Positions 49,601-60,572 of a stretch of DNA of 64,000 nt are shown here, piece after piece. The DNA lies in NCBI RefSeq assembly GCF_003704095.1, contig NW_020845863.1, forward strand, positions 372,001-436,000, written 5' to 3'. The position numbers and the translations under genes were made by a program. Each line of letters opens with the position of its first letter. The first letter of the stretch is position 1. The notes beneath the pieces were generated by a model. The model saw nothing but the letters and a program-made list of their open reading frames with translations, did not search any database and was not told the DNA's origin. This stretch comes from Pocillopora damicornis (Eukaryota).

Positions 49601-52600
49601 GCAAATTATAAATAAAAAACACTGGGCTTTAAGCAGAGATCCATTACAAAACTTTATGTTTAACAAAGACCTAACAATTTTTCACTGATATGCTAATACA
49701 ACCTGACTTACTTTATTTGTAAAGCTGCCCTGTCTGGGTCCACCAAGTTCAAGGCTGCCAGGGTTTTTGGATGGTCAGCATGGAGCATTGATTGTAGCTA
49801 TGGTAACTGTTTGCCATGAATGTCATAGTTTACATCATTCTTCACAAGGTGTTTGTTATTTTAATTTGTTTTATCCCTCTAATTATTTTTATTTTGCCTC
49901 AAAACCAAAAAATGTGAGCCAAGAATAAGTCCAGGAAGGTGAAGTTTTCAAGCAGCAGCATTCCAATGATGCGTTCAATCCATCTCCTACATTTTTAATG
50001 AGGAATAATAATTGTGATAACTGAGGAATGTGGTTGTTATGAAAACAAGGAATAAACCAAATGTGATGTAACATTTTGTAAATACTGTTACACCACAAAA
50101 GTTTAATAACTGACACAAAATTTAATGGTAAGGAAAATGTGATAACCTTTGTGACAACACTTTGACTTAAAATATTGTTTAAAAAAATGTATTACTTTTT
50201 TTTGTTAAAAGTTAATGAATTTAGCCTTACTATGTTTTTCTTGGATGTTTTCCAGTTTGTGTCAGTTATTAAATTTTGTGGTGTTCCAGATGCAAGAAAT
50301 CTCTCACACAGTAGGCATATATGCATATTTGAAGGGAATAAATGCTCATAAAACTTTGTCCTTTTTATTTTAGGCTTTTTATGACTTTTTAGGACTGTTT
50401 TTTTGTAGGCAACCAAATTTTTCTGTCTGGCAACCTGGCAACTGAAAAAACAATTTGGTCACCACTTTCACACATGCACTAAACACTGAATTTTAAATAT
50501 TTTATTCTTTGAACAAATGTTGAAGAAAATGATAGGAAATATCTATCAGACTTGATACCATTCATAACTTGTTCTTTCAAACTCAAATATCTTTGTTCCC
50601 TCTGATCTTTTGAACAGATGCTGGTACAACAGATAGATGGAATCGTATTAGACACAATCTGGATGTAGTGACTGAAATTTTGAAAGGTAATTTCTCTTGG
50701 TACTAAAAGCTGATAATGATAATGATAATGATTTTTAATGATTCGTATCCTCAGAACTCTTTATTGTTCACTATACTACAACAATGTCTTTCCAGTGATG
50801 TTACCAATCCATCTCTTATCTAATTTATGCAGAAACTGTAACTGACTGAGGAAAGACCACTTAATTTAATTCCAGTATATTTAGGTTAAGATGTTACACA
50901 CTCAGATAGCCAAAAAAAACTTGATTGAATTTTTTTTCTAATTATTTCAACTTGAAAGTAAAAATGGTTTTTTATTTGATAAAGATATTTTCTTACATGC
51001 CTCCTTCTCATGTGTAATAATCAACCTTGTGTGTTTTTTCACTTTCTTATTCGGTCAAATATATTTTTGGTAAGGAAGTTTTTTTTTCTGCCATGGTATG
51101 CAGGTAAAGTGTACTTACAAGAATACAAGAATTTCCTTCATAATATAATATTTTACTGTAACATTTGTCTTGCTCCTTCCCAGCTAGCTCTATGGGATAT
51201 TAATTTTGTACATTAATACTGACCCTATGAAAAGATTGTGGCCTTTGAATTTAGACTTAACAAGAAACTGAAGTTCAGCATACTTTATTTTAAATGAGCA
51301 CAGTTTCTCAGTAAGCACCCTTTTTCTCTTTGTTTTATCTGAAATGAAGCTGTAAATGCCCACATGAACACTTATTAATGTCCTGTGGATGTCTGCTTAA
51401 GACAGCTTTCACTATATTATTACTATTTGGCATCATGCCTGTAGCAGAAAAGTGAACGCAGAATTTTGAATTTTTACCTTTTTCCCATCAAGCCTAAAGA
51501 GACACTTGTTTCCTACTTAAGCTGACACTATGAGATTGTTTCATGTCTGTTGTCAACAAACCAATTTTTTCTTCCACTGATATATGTGTTACTGCTGTTT
51601 AGGTTGTATTTCAGATTGTTTAAGTAAGCTCACCACAGGCAGTGGAGAAAAAACAATGTTCAATGGATATGTTTTAGAAACTTTGGTTCTCTTGGTTGAG
51701 GTAATTGAGAATGGAGTATTTTCCATTTCATGTTAAGAGTTATTGTTTAGTTAGTAACTGTAATTATCAGATTGAGAAGGTCACTGAATTAGAATTGGCT
51801 CAGAGAAGGATATTTCATGTTTAACACTCAGTTTGAACTAGGTTACAAATTCATGCTCTCACATAATTATCTTGCTGTCACATATCTGTGGTAGTTAAAT
51901 AGTTAGCAGTAGTTAGTGGTTAATTTTCAAGGGCTTTGATAATATTGCCCAGAACTTTTGTGTACACTATGGCTGAAATTTGAAGATTTGAATTATAGCT
52001 TGATAGCTGTAACTTATGATTTTGGATAAAGTGGTGTGTCAATTGTTATAATTTTTATTCATACTTTATGTCTATACATACTGGATTTATTTTGTGGGAC
52101 AATGTGGTTATTGCCACAATGACACTTGCTTTATGAATACTTGGATTTGGAAGATTTGTATTGTAATTTAACTTCACAATTTCTTCTTTTGCAGAGCTGT
52201 TGTTGTGTCCTTCTTTTAGCAGCTGTATGCTGTAGCTTTTTACAAACAATGTCAGGTAGCAAAAAGACCAAGAAGAAGAAACCTGCTCCCACAAAAACGG
52301 TTAGTAAAGAGAACATTATGACATAAGGCTCACTCCAATGATCGAGTTTGACTGACCAACCATTTGGCTCATGGACTGATTGTCTGATTGTAGGACTGTC
52401 GTTAGAACTGAGTAGTTACCTGATCAAGTCTAATCCAGTGGCACAAGTTAAGGTTAAACAAAAACAAAAAAAAAATGGAAGATTGGAATGAGTGAAAAAT
52501 CCTAGTGGGGCTTGTAAATGATGCATTTGAGATCTTAATTGAAGAACAGGAGGATTCTTACACAAATTTGAGTAATTTAGGAACTCTGTTCCAAAGCTTG

Positions 52601-53127
52601 CCTCAATAGCTTTATTTACACTAACACTACTGTACTTAATATATGTTACTTTTTTTTTTTACCTCTATCAGAATGAAGAGATGGCACCATTTAAAGAGTT
52701 CCTATCAATGCTTAAATCTTCTCTCACATCCCTACATTCAGCACTTGTAGAAGTGAATGTTTCTCAGCTCTCTGATGAGCTTTTGGAACTGGATTTAGTT
52801 GAGCTAGACAATGAGGTAAAAACTAGTCCTACTCCTGTAGAGCATAAGCTATGCTTTGATTTGTGATAGATATATAAAAAAAGATGATTGCAACAAAAGT
52901 ACTAGTTTGTAAAGTATTAAATTGTAAACATGTGATAATGAAAGTCAATCTATCAGTTAATTATCAAGTTTGTGTTGAAGAAGTGTATTGTGTTTGTTCC
53001 TCAGACCAAGTCTTCCATTGTGTCCGAGATTTGGGAGAAACTGCAGACTAGCTTTAAACAGTCAGTGAAGGAGATCACAGAACTTTTACATCACAAAGTT
53101 GCTTTTGCAAAGTCTCTGCGTATTTAG
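34670..53127 (+). CDS. NAA25: N-alpha-acetyltransferase 25, NatB auxiliary subunit (29 coding exons)
   Basis: MASRHVDVNERRLRPVYD, NEELYSHLFMAYVR, NPYYFWAVMS, RGPYLAQLEL, YKYGSFEKIPEF, DNRD. Exons: 34670-34721, 34807-34892, 34993-35131, 35679-35797, 36553-36627, 37336-37441, 38173-38253, 39167-39278, 39789-39875, 40156-40319, 41493-41617, 41990-42052, 42677-42812, 44217-44306, 44751-44861, 45717-45786, 46289-46388, 46749-46796, 47412-47515, 47591-47652, 48260-48329, 48777-48819, 49114-49308, 49725-49848, 50618-50686, 51603-51700, 52195-52299, 52672-52815, 53005-53127. Confidence 0.93.
38568..39048 (+). mobile_element. ~210-bp TTAA-flanked MITE (piggyBac-like ends) interrupted by a tRNA-SINE; other copies at ~36765-36925, 39540-39743, 46895-47103(-), 47955-48163, 55266-55474
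   Basis: Termini ttaaccttt.. and ..aaaggttaa; shared core agaataaaggaaat..aaattctcc..gtatggagaatatgcatactgatg. Confidence 0.75.
38811..38884 (-). mobile_element. tRNA-Thr-like head of a SINE (element ~38688-38940); other copies at ~18770, 20710, 25415
   Basis: Reverse complement GGCTTGTTAGCTCAGTTGGTAGAG..CAGGTAT..GGGTTTAAATCTC..AGGCCTGA; A box intact, B box degenerate, GGT at the anticodon position; stems are mismatched, so not a functional tRNA. Confidence 0.75.
45023..45104 (+). ncRNA. Box C/D snoRNA, SNORD19-like (predicted guide for the 18S Gm683 equivalent), copy 1
   Basis: Terminal stem ggctttcc/ggaaaggcc; C box ATGATGA; guide aaatccaact followed by D' ctta; C' ATGAGGA; D box CTGA; located in NAA25 intron 15. 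Confidence 0.75.
48529..48611 (+). ncRNA. Box C/D snoRNA, SNORD19-like, copy 2
   Basis: Stem agccttttc/ggaaaggct; C box GTGATGA; same guide aaatccaact followed by D' ccta; C' ATGAGGA; D box CTGA; located in NAA25 intron 21. Confidence 0.75.
48891..48954 (+). repeat. (ATT)n microsatellite
   Basis: Run of tattat.. with occasional gtt units. Confidence 0.9.
50786..50857 (+). ncRNA. Diverged third box C/D snoRNA paralogue
   Basis: Perfect 8-bp stem gtctttcc/ggaaagac; C-like GTGATGT; guide variant caatccatct followed by ctta; D box CTGA; located in NAA25 intron 25. Confidence 0.6.
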
Positions 53128-55033
53128 GCATTTAACAATTAATGCATTTCATCAATGGATATCACAACAAATAATTGAGAAATTCTTAGAGGAGAGTTGC
53201 ATCTTGTATTGTCATTACCTTTTGTGTTGAAGAAGGCAAGATAAGACATGGAGTTGTGCAACATTAAGGTTTGTCAAGAAGGGATGTAATGTGTTGTTAG
53301 TGGCCAAAAGAGTGAAAGCTATGGCTTTGAAAGGAAGCTCTACTCGCACCTGCATGTTAAGGAAGTGGAAGGAAGGTGGTTCCTTTTGCAGAATGGTTTA
53401 TGGTTAGTGGAAAAGCAGATGCCATTTTATCAGCCTTGCATCATTGTGGTTTTATGACGATACAAGTATGGTAAAATTGGTGATTGTAAAGATAATGACG
53501 ATTCCAAAGAGTTCAGACCTTTTTTGGGGGATGTAAGCTTCTACTTCTCCATATCTTTTGGATTTATGTGTGATGCAAGTGGTTCTCATCAGCAAAAATG
53601 TGCCTCGATCACACAAGAACCCTACACACAGACTCTCCCTGCCCACAATGATACCTCCAAGCTACTATCACCATCTTGTGACTTAGTTCCTGGTCTGAAC
53701 AAGTATATTGAAGACTTAGAGAATTTTGAAAAAGATGCGAGACTTTGATAAAAAAAATAATAAATGTAACAAAGAAAAATATTTCAAGACCCACTACAAA
53801 GGCTGTCAGCCATCAGCTGCTGGTCAATCAGCTGACTGATGGCCAACAGGTTTTTCTGGGAGCTGTTCTTCACAGTTACCAAAAGTCTGCAAAATGGTAT
53901 CACTTGCCACCTCTAACATTACTATCACACAGTGACTTGGAATCATTGTGCACTTGAATTTGTATTTCATAGTGTTTCATCATATTGATGGTACAACATG
54001 TTAGCTGATGGATGATTTGACTGGAAAATAAACATGTAAGCTACTTTTTTTTGGTTATGTGGTACACAAAGTGTAACCACCCATAGAAAAACTGATAACT
54101 TATGTTGGAGAGAACATCTGCACTTTTTATATTAGAGCACCTTTGGAAAGCAGTCAAAATAAGGACACCACAATATCAGAAAATAGTGCTAATATGAATA
54201 TTTTTAAATCATGCATGGGTGTTTTTTTAGTGACCAATTTAGATGTCTGCCAGCATGATGCTGAATTTGATGCAAAACCAGATTTTTTTTTAGCACAATC
54301 CCTAGAGTAATAAAAACTAAATGTAGAGTGAAGTGTGTTTTACTGTCTTTGAGGATGTGAATTAAAGCTACTGAAATTCTTTATTATAGATGTATTGCTT
54401 ATTAATTCTTGAGAAAGTATGACCCAGATTTACAGAAAAAAAAAATTTCTTCTGTACCAGATTGGGAAATGCAGCGGAAAATAATTTCCAACTTGTTTCA
54501 GCCATTATGTGATAAATATATAGCAGATATGTGGAATACACATGTTTAATAATTGCCCTAGGTGAAGGAAAATATCTTGATTTGTTAGTGGTGGGCAAAT
54601 TGATTACCTTCTGAAGTTGTTTCTTATTTCAAAAGTGCCCCCCCCCCTCCTTTCCCTTCCCCTGTTATATCCTCTTAAACGGGCAATGTGACTGGAGTTT
54701 GCAAACCCAGTTTATAATTTAAGCAATAATCTATTTGTTTATGTATCCTTGTTTTGTTATCACTGGGTTACAGCTGCAGTCAATTGAGAAATACACAATT
54801 TTGAAAGGCAACCACTTTCCTTACAACAAAATACTGTCACTTATAAGTCCATTAGTTTATTATACATCTTTGATTTACACAAATTCCATACAACTCTTCA
54901 GAGCCCTTAGGTAAAATATAGAATCTGTCTCAAAACAGTAACTTCCATCTGTTTTGTCAAATTCCAAGATCTTTCACAACAAAGCTGATTCCAAAGTGTA
55001 TCTCTTTCAATTAATAAAAATTTTCAGATCCTC

Positions 55034-56158
55034 TTAATTCCCTCCTTGTGCCTGACCTTGAAGCTGACTCATTAGCTGTTCATCTTGCATAGACATGGCT
55101 GTTAGTTTTTTGCCAATCCTATCATGTATTTCCAAATATTTAGCCACACACCGATCCAGGCACACTGATTCTCCTTTTGTTAGATCACCCTCTTTGTATT
55201 TTGGAGATATACACTTCTTCTGACAAGCCACAGTTAATCTGTAGGTTAAATTATGAATGCAACTTTTAACCCCTGAGGGATAGGCTCCTAATTACTCCTA
55301 ACAGCATCACCTGAATCACTAAATCAAGTGCTAAGGTTATGAGAATAAAGGAAAAGATCGCAAGGTCTAAAAGTACTTGATTATTAAGCAATCTCTCTTT
55401 GTTAGTACCTTAGGAAATGAATAAGGAACATTATGGAGAATATACATGCTGATCTTAGGGTGTTAAGGGGTTAAGCTTAAGTAAGTCAGCTGTTCAACAA
55501 ATCTACTATGCTGGGAGTTTTCTGATAACATTTGAGCAAACTAAGGAAAAATACAAACAGAGGGAGAGGATGGTGAACACTTGATAACATGTCTCGATTA
55601 AAAAAAAAACCCATGGGTAAAGCTACAGAATACAGGGCCACTTATTAACATCTCGTTTAATCACTATACATCCCTCAGTGTTCTGCCTCCTTCTTTAAAG
55701 CATGCCGAGAAGGTGCCGACCTCGGTGGCCCAGTATTCAGTAGTTACTCCCAGACCTTAATAAGGGTACACAAAAAGGTCGCATGTATACTCAAATACCA
55801 TGGTAAAATAAAAAATTCAAGCGTAAGAAGAAGAAAAGAAAGGGAACGATTCATCAAGTTAGTTGGTCAACAGACTTCAAATTGTTCATCACATTCAGGA
55901 AATGGTCATGGTCAAAACATCTCATGGGAACCTCGGAAAGTGCCATCAGTAGTCAATTGCGAAATTCCCTCTTGTTCCTCTCTTGTTTCAATGCGTGCGT
56001 GACTTACGATCAACCCTTGAAATGAAGCAGAGTGCACTGGAAAAAGTTAGATCATTCCTCTGCATCTCACTTTGTATCATAGAGACTGACCTGTTATATA
56101 AGTCTGTCATCATTTCTATTTCCAGTTCTGCAACCATCTGTGCCTTAGCCGGGTCCAT
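55034..56158 (-). CDS. TIMM10: Mitochondrial import inner membrane translocase subunit Tim10 (2 exons, 90 aa)
   Basis: Exon 1 56158-56091 ([23 protein letters not shown]), exon 2 55238-55034; twin CX3C motif (CQKKC, CLDRC); [14 protein letters not shown]. Confidence 0.95.
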
Positions 56159-56796
56159 GATTGTATCAATAGCTATGTTTGACTATTCTTGGAAAGAAAA
56201 TTTGGGCTGATGGCTCTCACACGTGTTTGACCGCCATTTTGAAACCGCTTCTATTGGGTAAGACCGCAGGCTAGCCACTGGAGGGTATTCTGTCGTGTAA
56301 TAATACACGAAACGTGACGTAGGTCAACCAGAAAAGTAACGGAAGGAAAGAGTGGGAAGAAGATATTTCGTTGTCCTCCTCTGGCCCTCGAATTATCAGA
56401 GGCGATAATGGATAAGACTCCTATCTTACAACAGTCATCGTTGCTAAGCTACTGTGTTAATTCAAGGGGGAATAAAATCATTCAGGCGTTAATTTGCTTG
56501 ACTGACTTTTATAATCCCTTAACCCGAAAATCCAAGTAATTTCCTTTCTACAGTTTTAGAGTACTTTCTAAACATTTCACAGCGCAAAAGATACAGTCAG
56601 CCTATAAATTCAGTAACTGTGGACTTTATTAAGATTTCTTGGTCAAGAAGGCGATTTTTTTGGTCGTTCAACCAGGAATTTATTGATGTTTCTCTATGAA
56701 TCGGCGAAGTCATGTTACCTAATTTTTTTCTAACAGAAATTGTTTCTATTGTTTTAGACCAATTCACGAGCGCGAGTATTGTGTAATTTTCGCAAG

Positions 56797-57384
56797 CTAT
56801 ATTTCGCTGGACATAGTCTTCTTGAGTTCAGTCTTGGGAACCAGATTTTGTAACAGCTTTCTAAATCTAGGATCATTCATGGAGTCCTTCCTTGTCAAGC
56901 TCGGCGATAACAGAGCTGGTAAAGTTGCTGACTGCGGGTGAGAGGCGAGTAACGACCGCGTGGAGACCACACTAAGTCGTGGTTTCTCTTGAATTTCTTC
57001 CAGTGAACAATGTAAGCTACGTTCGGGCGAGGAATCATCGGAACAAAACTCCTCCATATTAATATAGCGTTTCTTTACACTTCTACTAATTCTTGGACTG
57101 CAACTCAGTCTTCCTCCTACTTCAATTGGTGGTAAGGTTAATAATTCTGGATTCGATTTACCGCGTCGAAGTAACCTTTTTTTCATAAATTCTTTCTCCC
57201 ATCGTAACCGGCTTTCCTCTTTCTTCTGCAAATGTTCTATATGGTTAATATGCTCTTCTAGTTTAGCGTCTTCGAAGACGTTGTCTTTTAAAATAACTTT
57301 TCCGGTCTTACTGTCCTTAACTTTGAGAGCCGTATGTAAACTGCGAGTCAGTGACAGTTCTCTTGCCCTTGAATCCTTATCCAT
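56797..57384 (-). CDS. Uncharacterised single-exon protein, 195 aa from MDKDSRARE
   Basis: Long ORF in AT-rich DNA; coiled-coil-like N-terminal half, Ser/Arg-rich middle, C-terminal NDPRFRKLLQNL. Confidence 0.6.
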   Translation of the reverse strand: MDKDSRARELSLTRSLHTALKVKDSKTGKVILKDNVFEDAKLEEHINHIEHLQKKEESRLRWEKEFMKKRLLRRGKSNPELLTLPPIEVGGRLSCSPRISRSVKKRYINMEEFCSDDSSPERSLHCSLEEIQEKPRLSVVSTRSLLASHPQSATLPALLSPSLTRKDSMNDPRFRKLLQNLVPKTELKKTMSSEI

Positions 57385-57877
57385 GTCGCTTGTTGTGTTT
57401 GTTTTTTGTTGATTGGCGATCAATAGGAAAATTATTTGGATTGACTGATCACCGTGGTACTGTGTTTCTTGGCGGGAAGGAGCCACTTAATCGCGCCAAG
57501 GTTTCGTTCCAATGTTCTTTAGACTGTAACTTAAACTGCTATGACACTGAATAATTTCTTTTTGATTTTTTTTGTTGAGTTATGTAGTACGTAAACGGAA
57601 TTCGATTGTTGCGCCGTGGAGCATGCAATTCTTTACTATCATTAAATTTCTTTCTCCATTGTCCTAACATCATTACAAGGTTCATTAGGCAGCGGACTGT
57701 ATTGCGTTTGCTTTGCTGAAGCCCAGGTACTTAACACACAGATCCACGAATATCCAATGAAACACTAGCTAACAATGTACTTACCGTTTCAAAAACTCGG
57801 GGCTAATCATGTCATCTGGTAGAGCATTGTCGTAAAGGTCGTAGATTTTCCAAAGATGGACAAGCGCAAACGTGACT

Positions 57878-58905
57878 GGACGGATGGGTTGCTGTGCCGA
57901 CATGTCAACTCGCTGACAAGTAACTCACCGACATCACTGGTAAACTCGCCGAGGTTATCGATAAACTCCCCTTCTTTAGCTCCAGAAAAAGGGCCGTTAG
58001 AAACGCTCGAACCGTCAGCTTTAGAAAATCTTTACGAAGGCCAATTTACATTATCGACTCAGTTGAGGAAAGCAAATTTACTTATTTACCTGACCCTCTA
58101 ATATATTGTCGATTAATCTTTTTTTGATATTGTTATATTTATCCCCTTAGGAACCAAAGGGAAATCGAAGCCATTCGAAAAATGACGGTGAAAGTTAGGA
58201 ATGATAAGCTTGATAACTATGATGAAAATCGAAATAAACATAAAAATTTAGTCGAAACAACATATAGTCATAGAATTACTTCTATCGACGAGTCATGACA
58301 TTGCTTACATACAAAGCCTCGTTTTATTTCCCCTCTGTTGAACCGCGTGACTTAGAGCACGACTTGAGTAGATCTTAATATCGATGGATCATTAATTGAA
58401 GGTGGTTATTAGTCGAAAAAGAAACTGTTTTGTTGCTTGGGCGACCGACACGCTGAGTTGAGTTACATCAAAAAATTGATATACCGCATAGCCGAGTAAA
58501 CTTCCGCAGCGAAGTATAAATGGCTGTCTCCTCAAGCTTTCCCTTTCGGAATATTCCCCGCGGGTACCACCGGGAATTCTTGGTCCGATCGTTCCGCCAG
58601 GATCTTTAATCCTGACTCTAATTCTGATCAATAAATGCGATTTTCTACATCGATCCGTCTTTAACCTTGGCTTCCAGAACTGTATAGCTTACTTCGCAAA
58701 ATACACCCGGGGTTCATTTTATGCTTCAACGAATGGCAAATGCTAAAAACGTGAAATTTTCATTATACACTACGGTGGTTTATCTGCCTTTCCCGTCCAG
58801 ATGCATCGATGATAGTTAACTAAGTACTCTCTTTTCAGATTGCACCAAAGACAATTTGGTGAGTTGATAGGGAAGTCGGCGAGTTGACAAGTCGGCGAAG
58901 TAATC
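57878..58905. mobile_element. Putative ~1-kb non-autonomous element with inverted subterminal aactcgccga repeats
   Basis: gtcaactcgctgac..aactcaccgac..aactcgccga on the left versus tggtgagttga..gtcggcgagttgacaagtcggcga on the right. Confidence 0.5.
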
Positions 58906-60572
58906 TCCAAGTTTGTCTCTATACACGGTTTTCTACGAAGTACGTTTATTTACTTTCCACCAAATTTCTACTGATTTCGATGTGAGTTGTCAGAGCATGG
59001 TCGCTAAGGTCACCAACGGGCGAGTAAGGTTTGTGCAGTTTAGTGCCTTTGGGAGATAAAGAAGACAGAGCTTGAACACGTCAGTCAGTTTAGCTGGGGT
59101 TTGATAAATATACACATGCAGTCGAACTTCCACACAATGATTTGATTCGGATGGTGCCTGTTATTTACAGATTAACTAAAATTCTTACTCCTTTTTAGTC
59201 ATTAACGACTTTTTATAGAAGTTTGTAGAAAAACGCGGGAAAGATGATCATTGATAGGTAATGGCTCCTGTCATTGGTTCATCTTGAAGGTAACTTGAGA
59301 TGCAGGGCAGAGCTAACAAGAAAACTTTTGGGCTTAGCTTCCTAGTTCTCAATTCAACATTACAATTTTTACATCTCATCAATAATTTTGATAAATGTTG
59401 TAAAATAAAATGATTGCCGATCTCAGGTGGAGCCTTAGCGGTCGATCCAGCGTGTTCATATTAAAGAAAATCAATGCAATATTGACATAAATAACTGAAA
59501 AAGCGAGGTGTCTTCATCTGTTGTAGGTTGGTATTGGAATAAAAATGGCCACATGGCTTCGTCATTAAGGTGTCAGTCAGACCTGTATAATAGACGTCTT
59601 TATTGGAGGTAACGCTAACTATAGCGATAATTTTATCTTACGGCGCGGTGTATTCATCTTTACCGCGCAAAAAGAGGATAATTTTTTTTGGTGGACATGT
59701 CATAGCTACGATGATAGTATAAAGTAAAAAAAACTTTATAAAGACAAGACGCCTAAAGGCGTTACCGTGGGCGTAGCATTAAAAGGAATTGTGCAGTTAT
59801 TGCAAACTACCACTAAATAGTATTCCGGGTTTATCAAATTTCCTTTTGCAAAATTTGTCAAATTTAGCCGCTGGAATCCAAATCTTACTTCGCCTGCACT
59901 ATTTTCCAATGCTGTCGCGTTTCGCCTCAGAGTTACTCAATATGTCTCTGCATCGTAACGCAATGACCTTTGTTTGCACGGTTCTCTCCAGCTTGGAACG
60001 CGGAATGAAATGACCTCAGAACGCACTTAATGCGGCTGCCGGGTTTTTCGACCCAGTGAAATTGAAGATATGCGGAAATGAATTCCACAGGTTTTATTTT
60101 TTCAGAAAAGCACTGGATTATTTTCGTCCGCTTCTGATCACTACAGCCGCCAATGTTTACATAAGGTAAAAATCGATAAAGATTTTACTCATTCCTATTG
60201 GCTAGCTTTGTAATTTGTCCTTGAAATGAAAAAGAAACCCAGCCGGATTTTTACCGTGGTATGCCACTGGCATCCCACGGAACAAGGTAACCCATTCAGC
60301 CCGAAGCCTGGCATCCATGGAGGCCTTGTGTCAAATATGCAATAATGACTACAATATATTAAAACTAAAATTACGTTAAAGATCTAAAATATATCAAGTA
60401 ACTAGTAAAATCTCTAATGCATGTTGGTAACTCACCGTTATGGGCTATCGTTCTGATCGCTTTGATTTACAGTCACAATTTATGGATTGCGTGACCTTCT
60501 TGAGATAATTGTTATCACATGACTGCCTTCGCAGTTTATCACTACTTTCGGCAAACATATTAACTATCAAAC

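Noticed and set aside
52335-52415. Possible further intronic snoRNAs (also ~35355-35405, ~37000-37150, ~45850-45942)
   Set aside because: Boxes and stems are too degenerate and I could not identify a target by eye; a covariance-model search is needed.
53230-53960. Short ORFs and a hairpin (53803-53850) downstream of the NAA25 stop
   Set aside because: No consistent frame or motif; the hairpin lacks SECIS features and looks like a decayed repeat in the 3' UTR or intergenic region.
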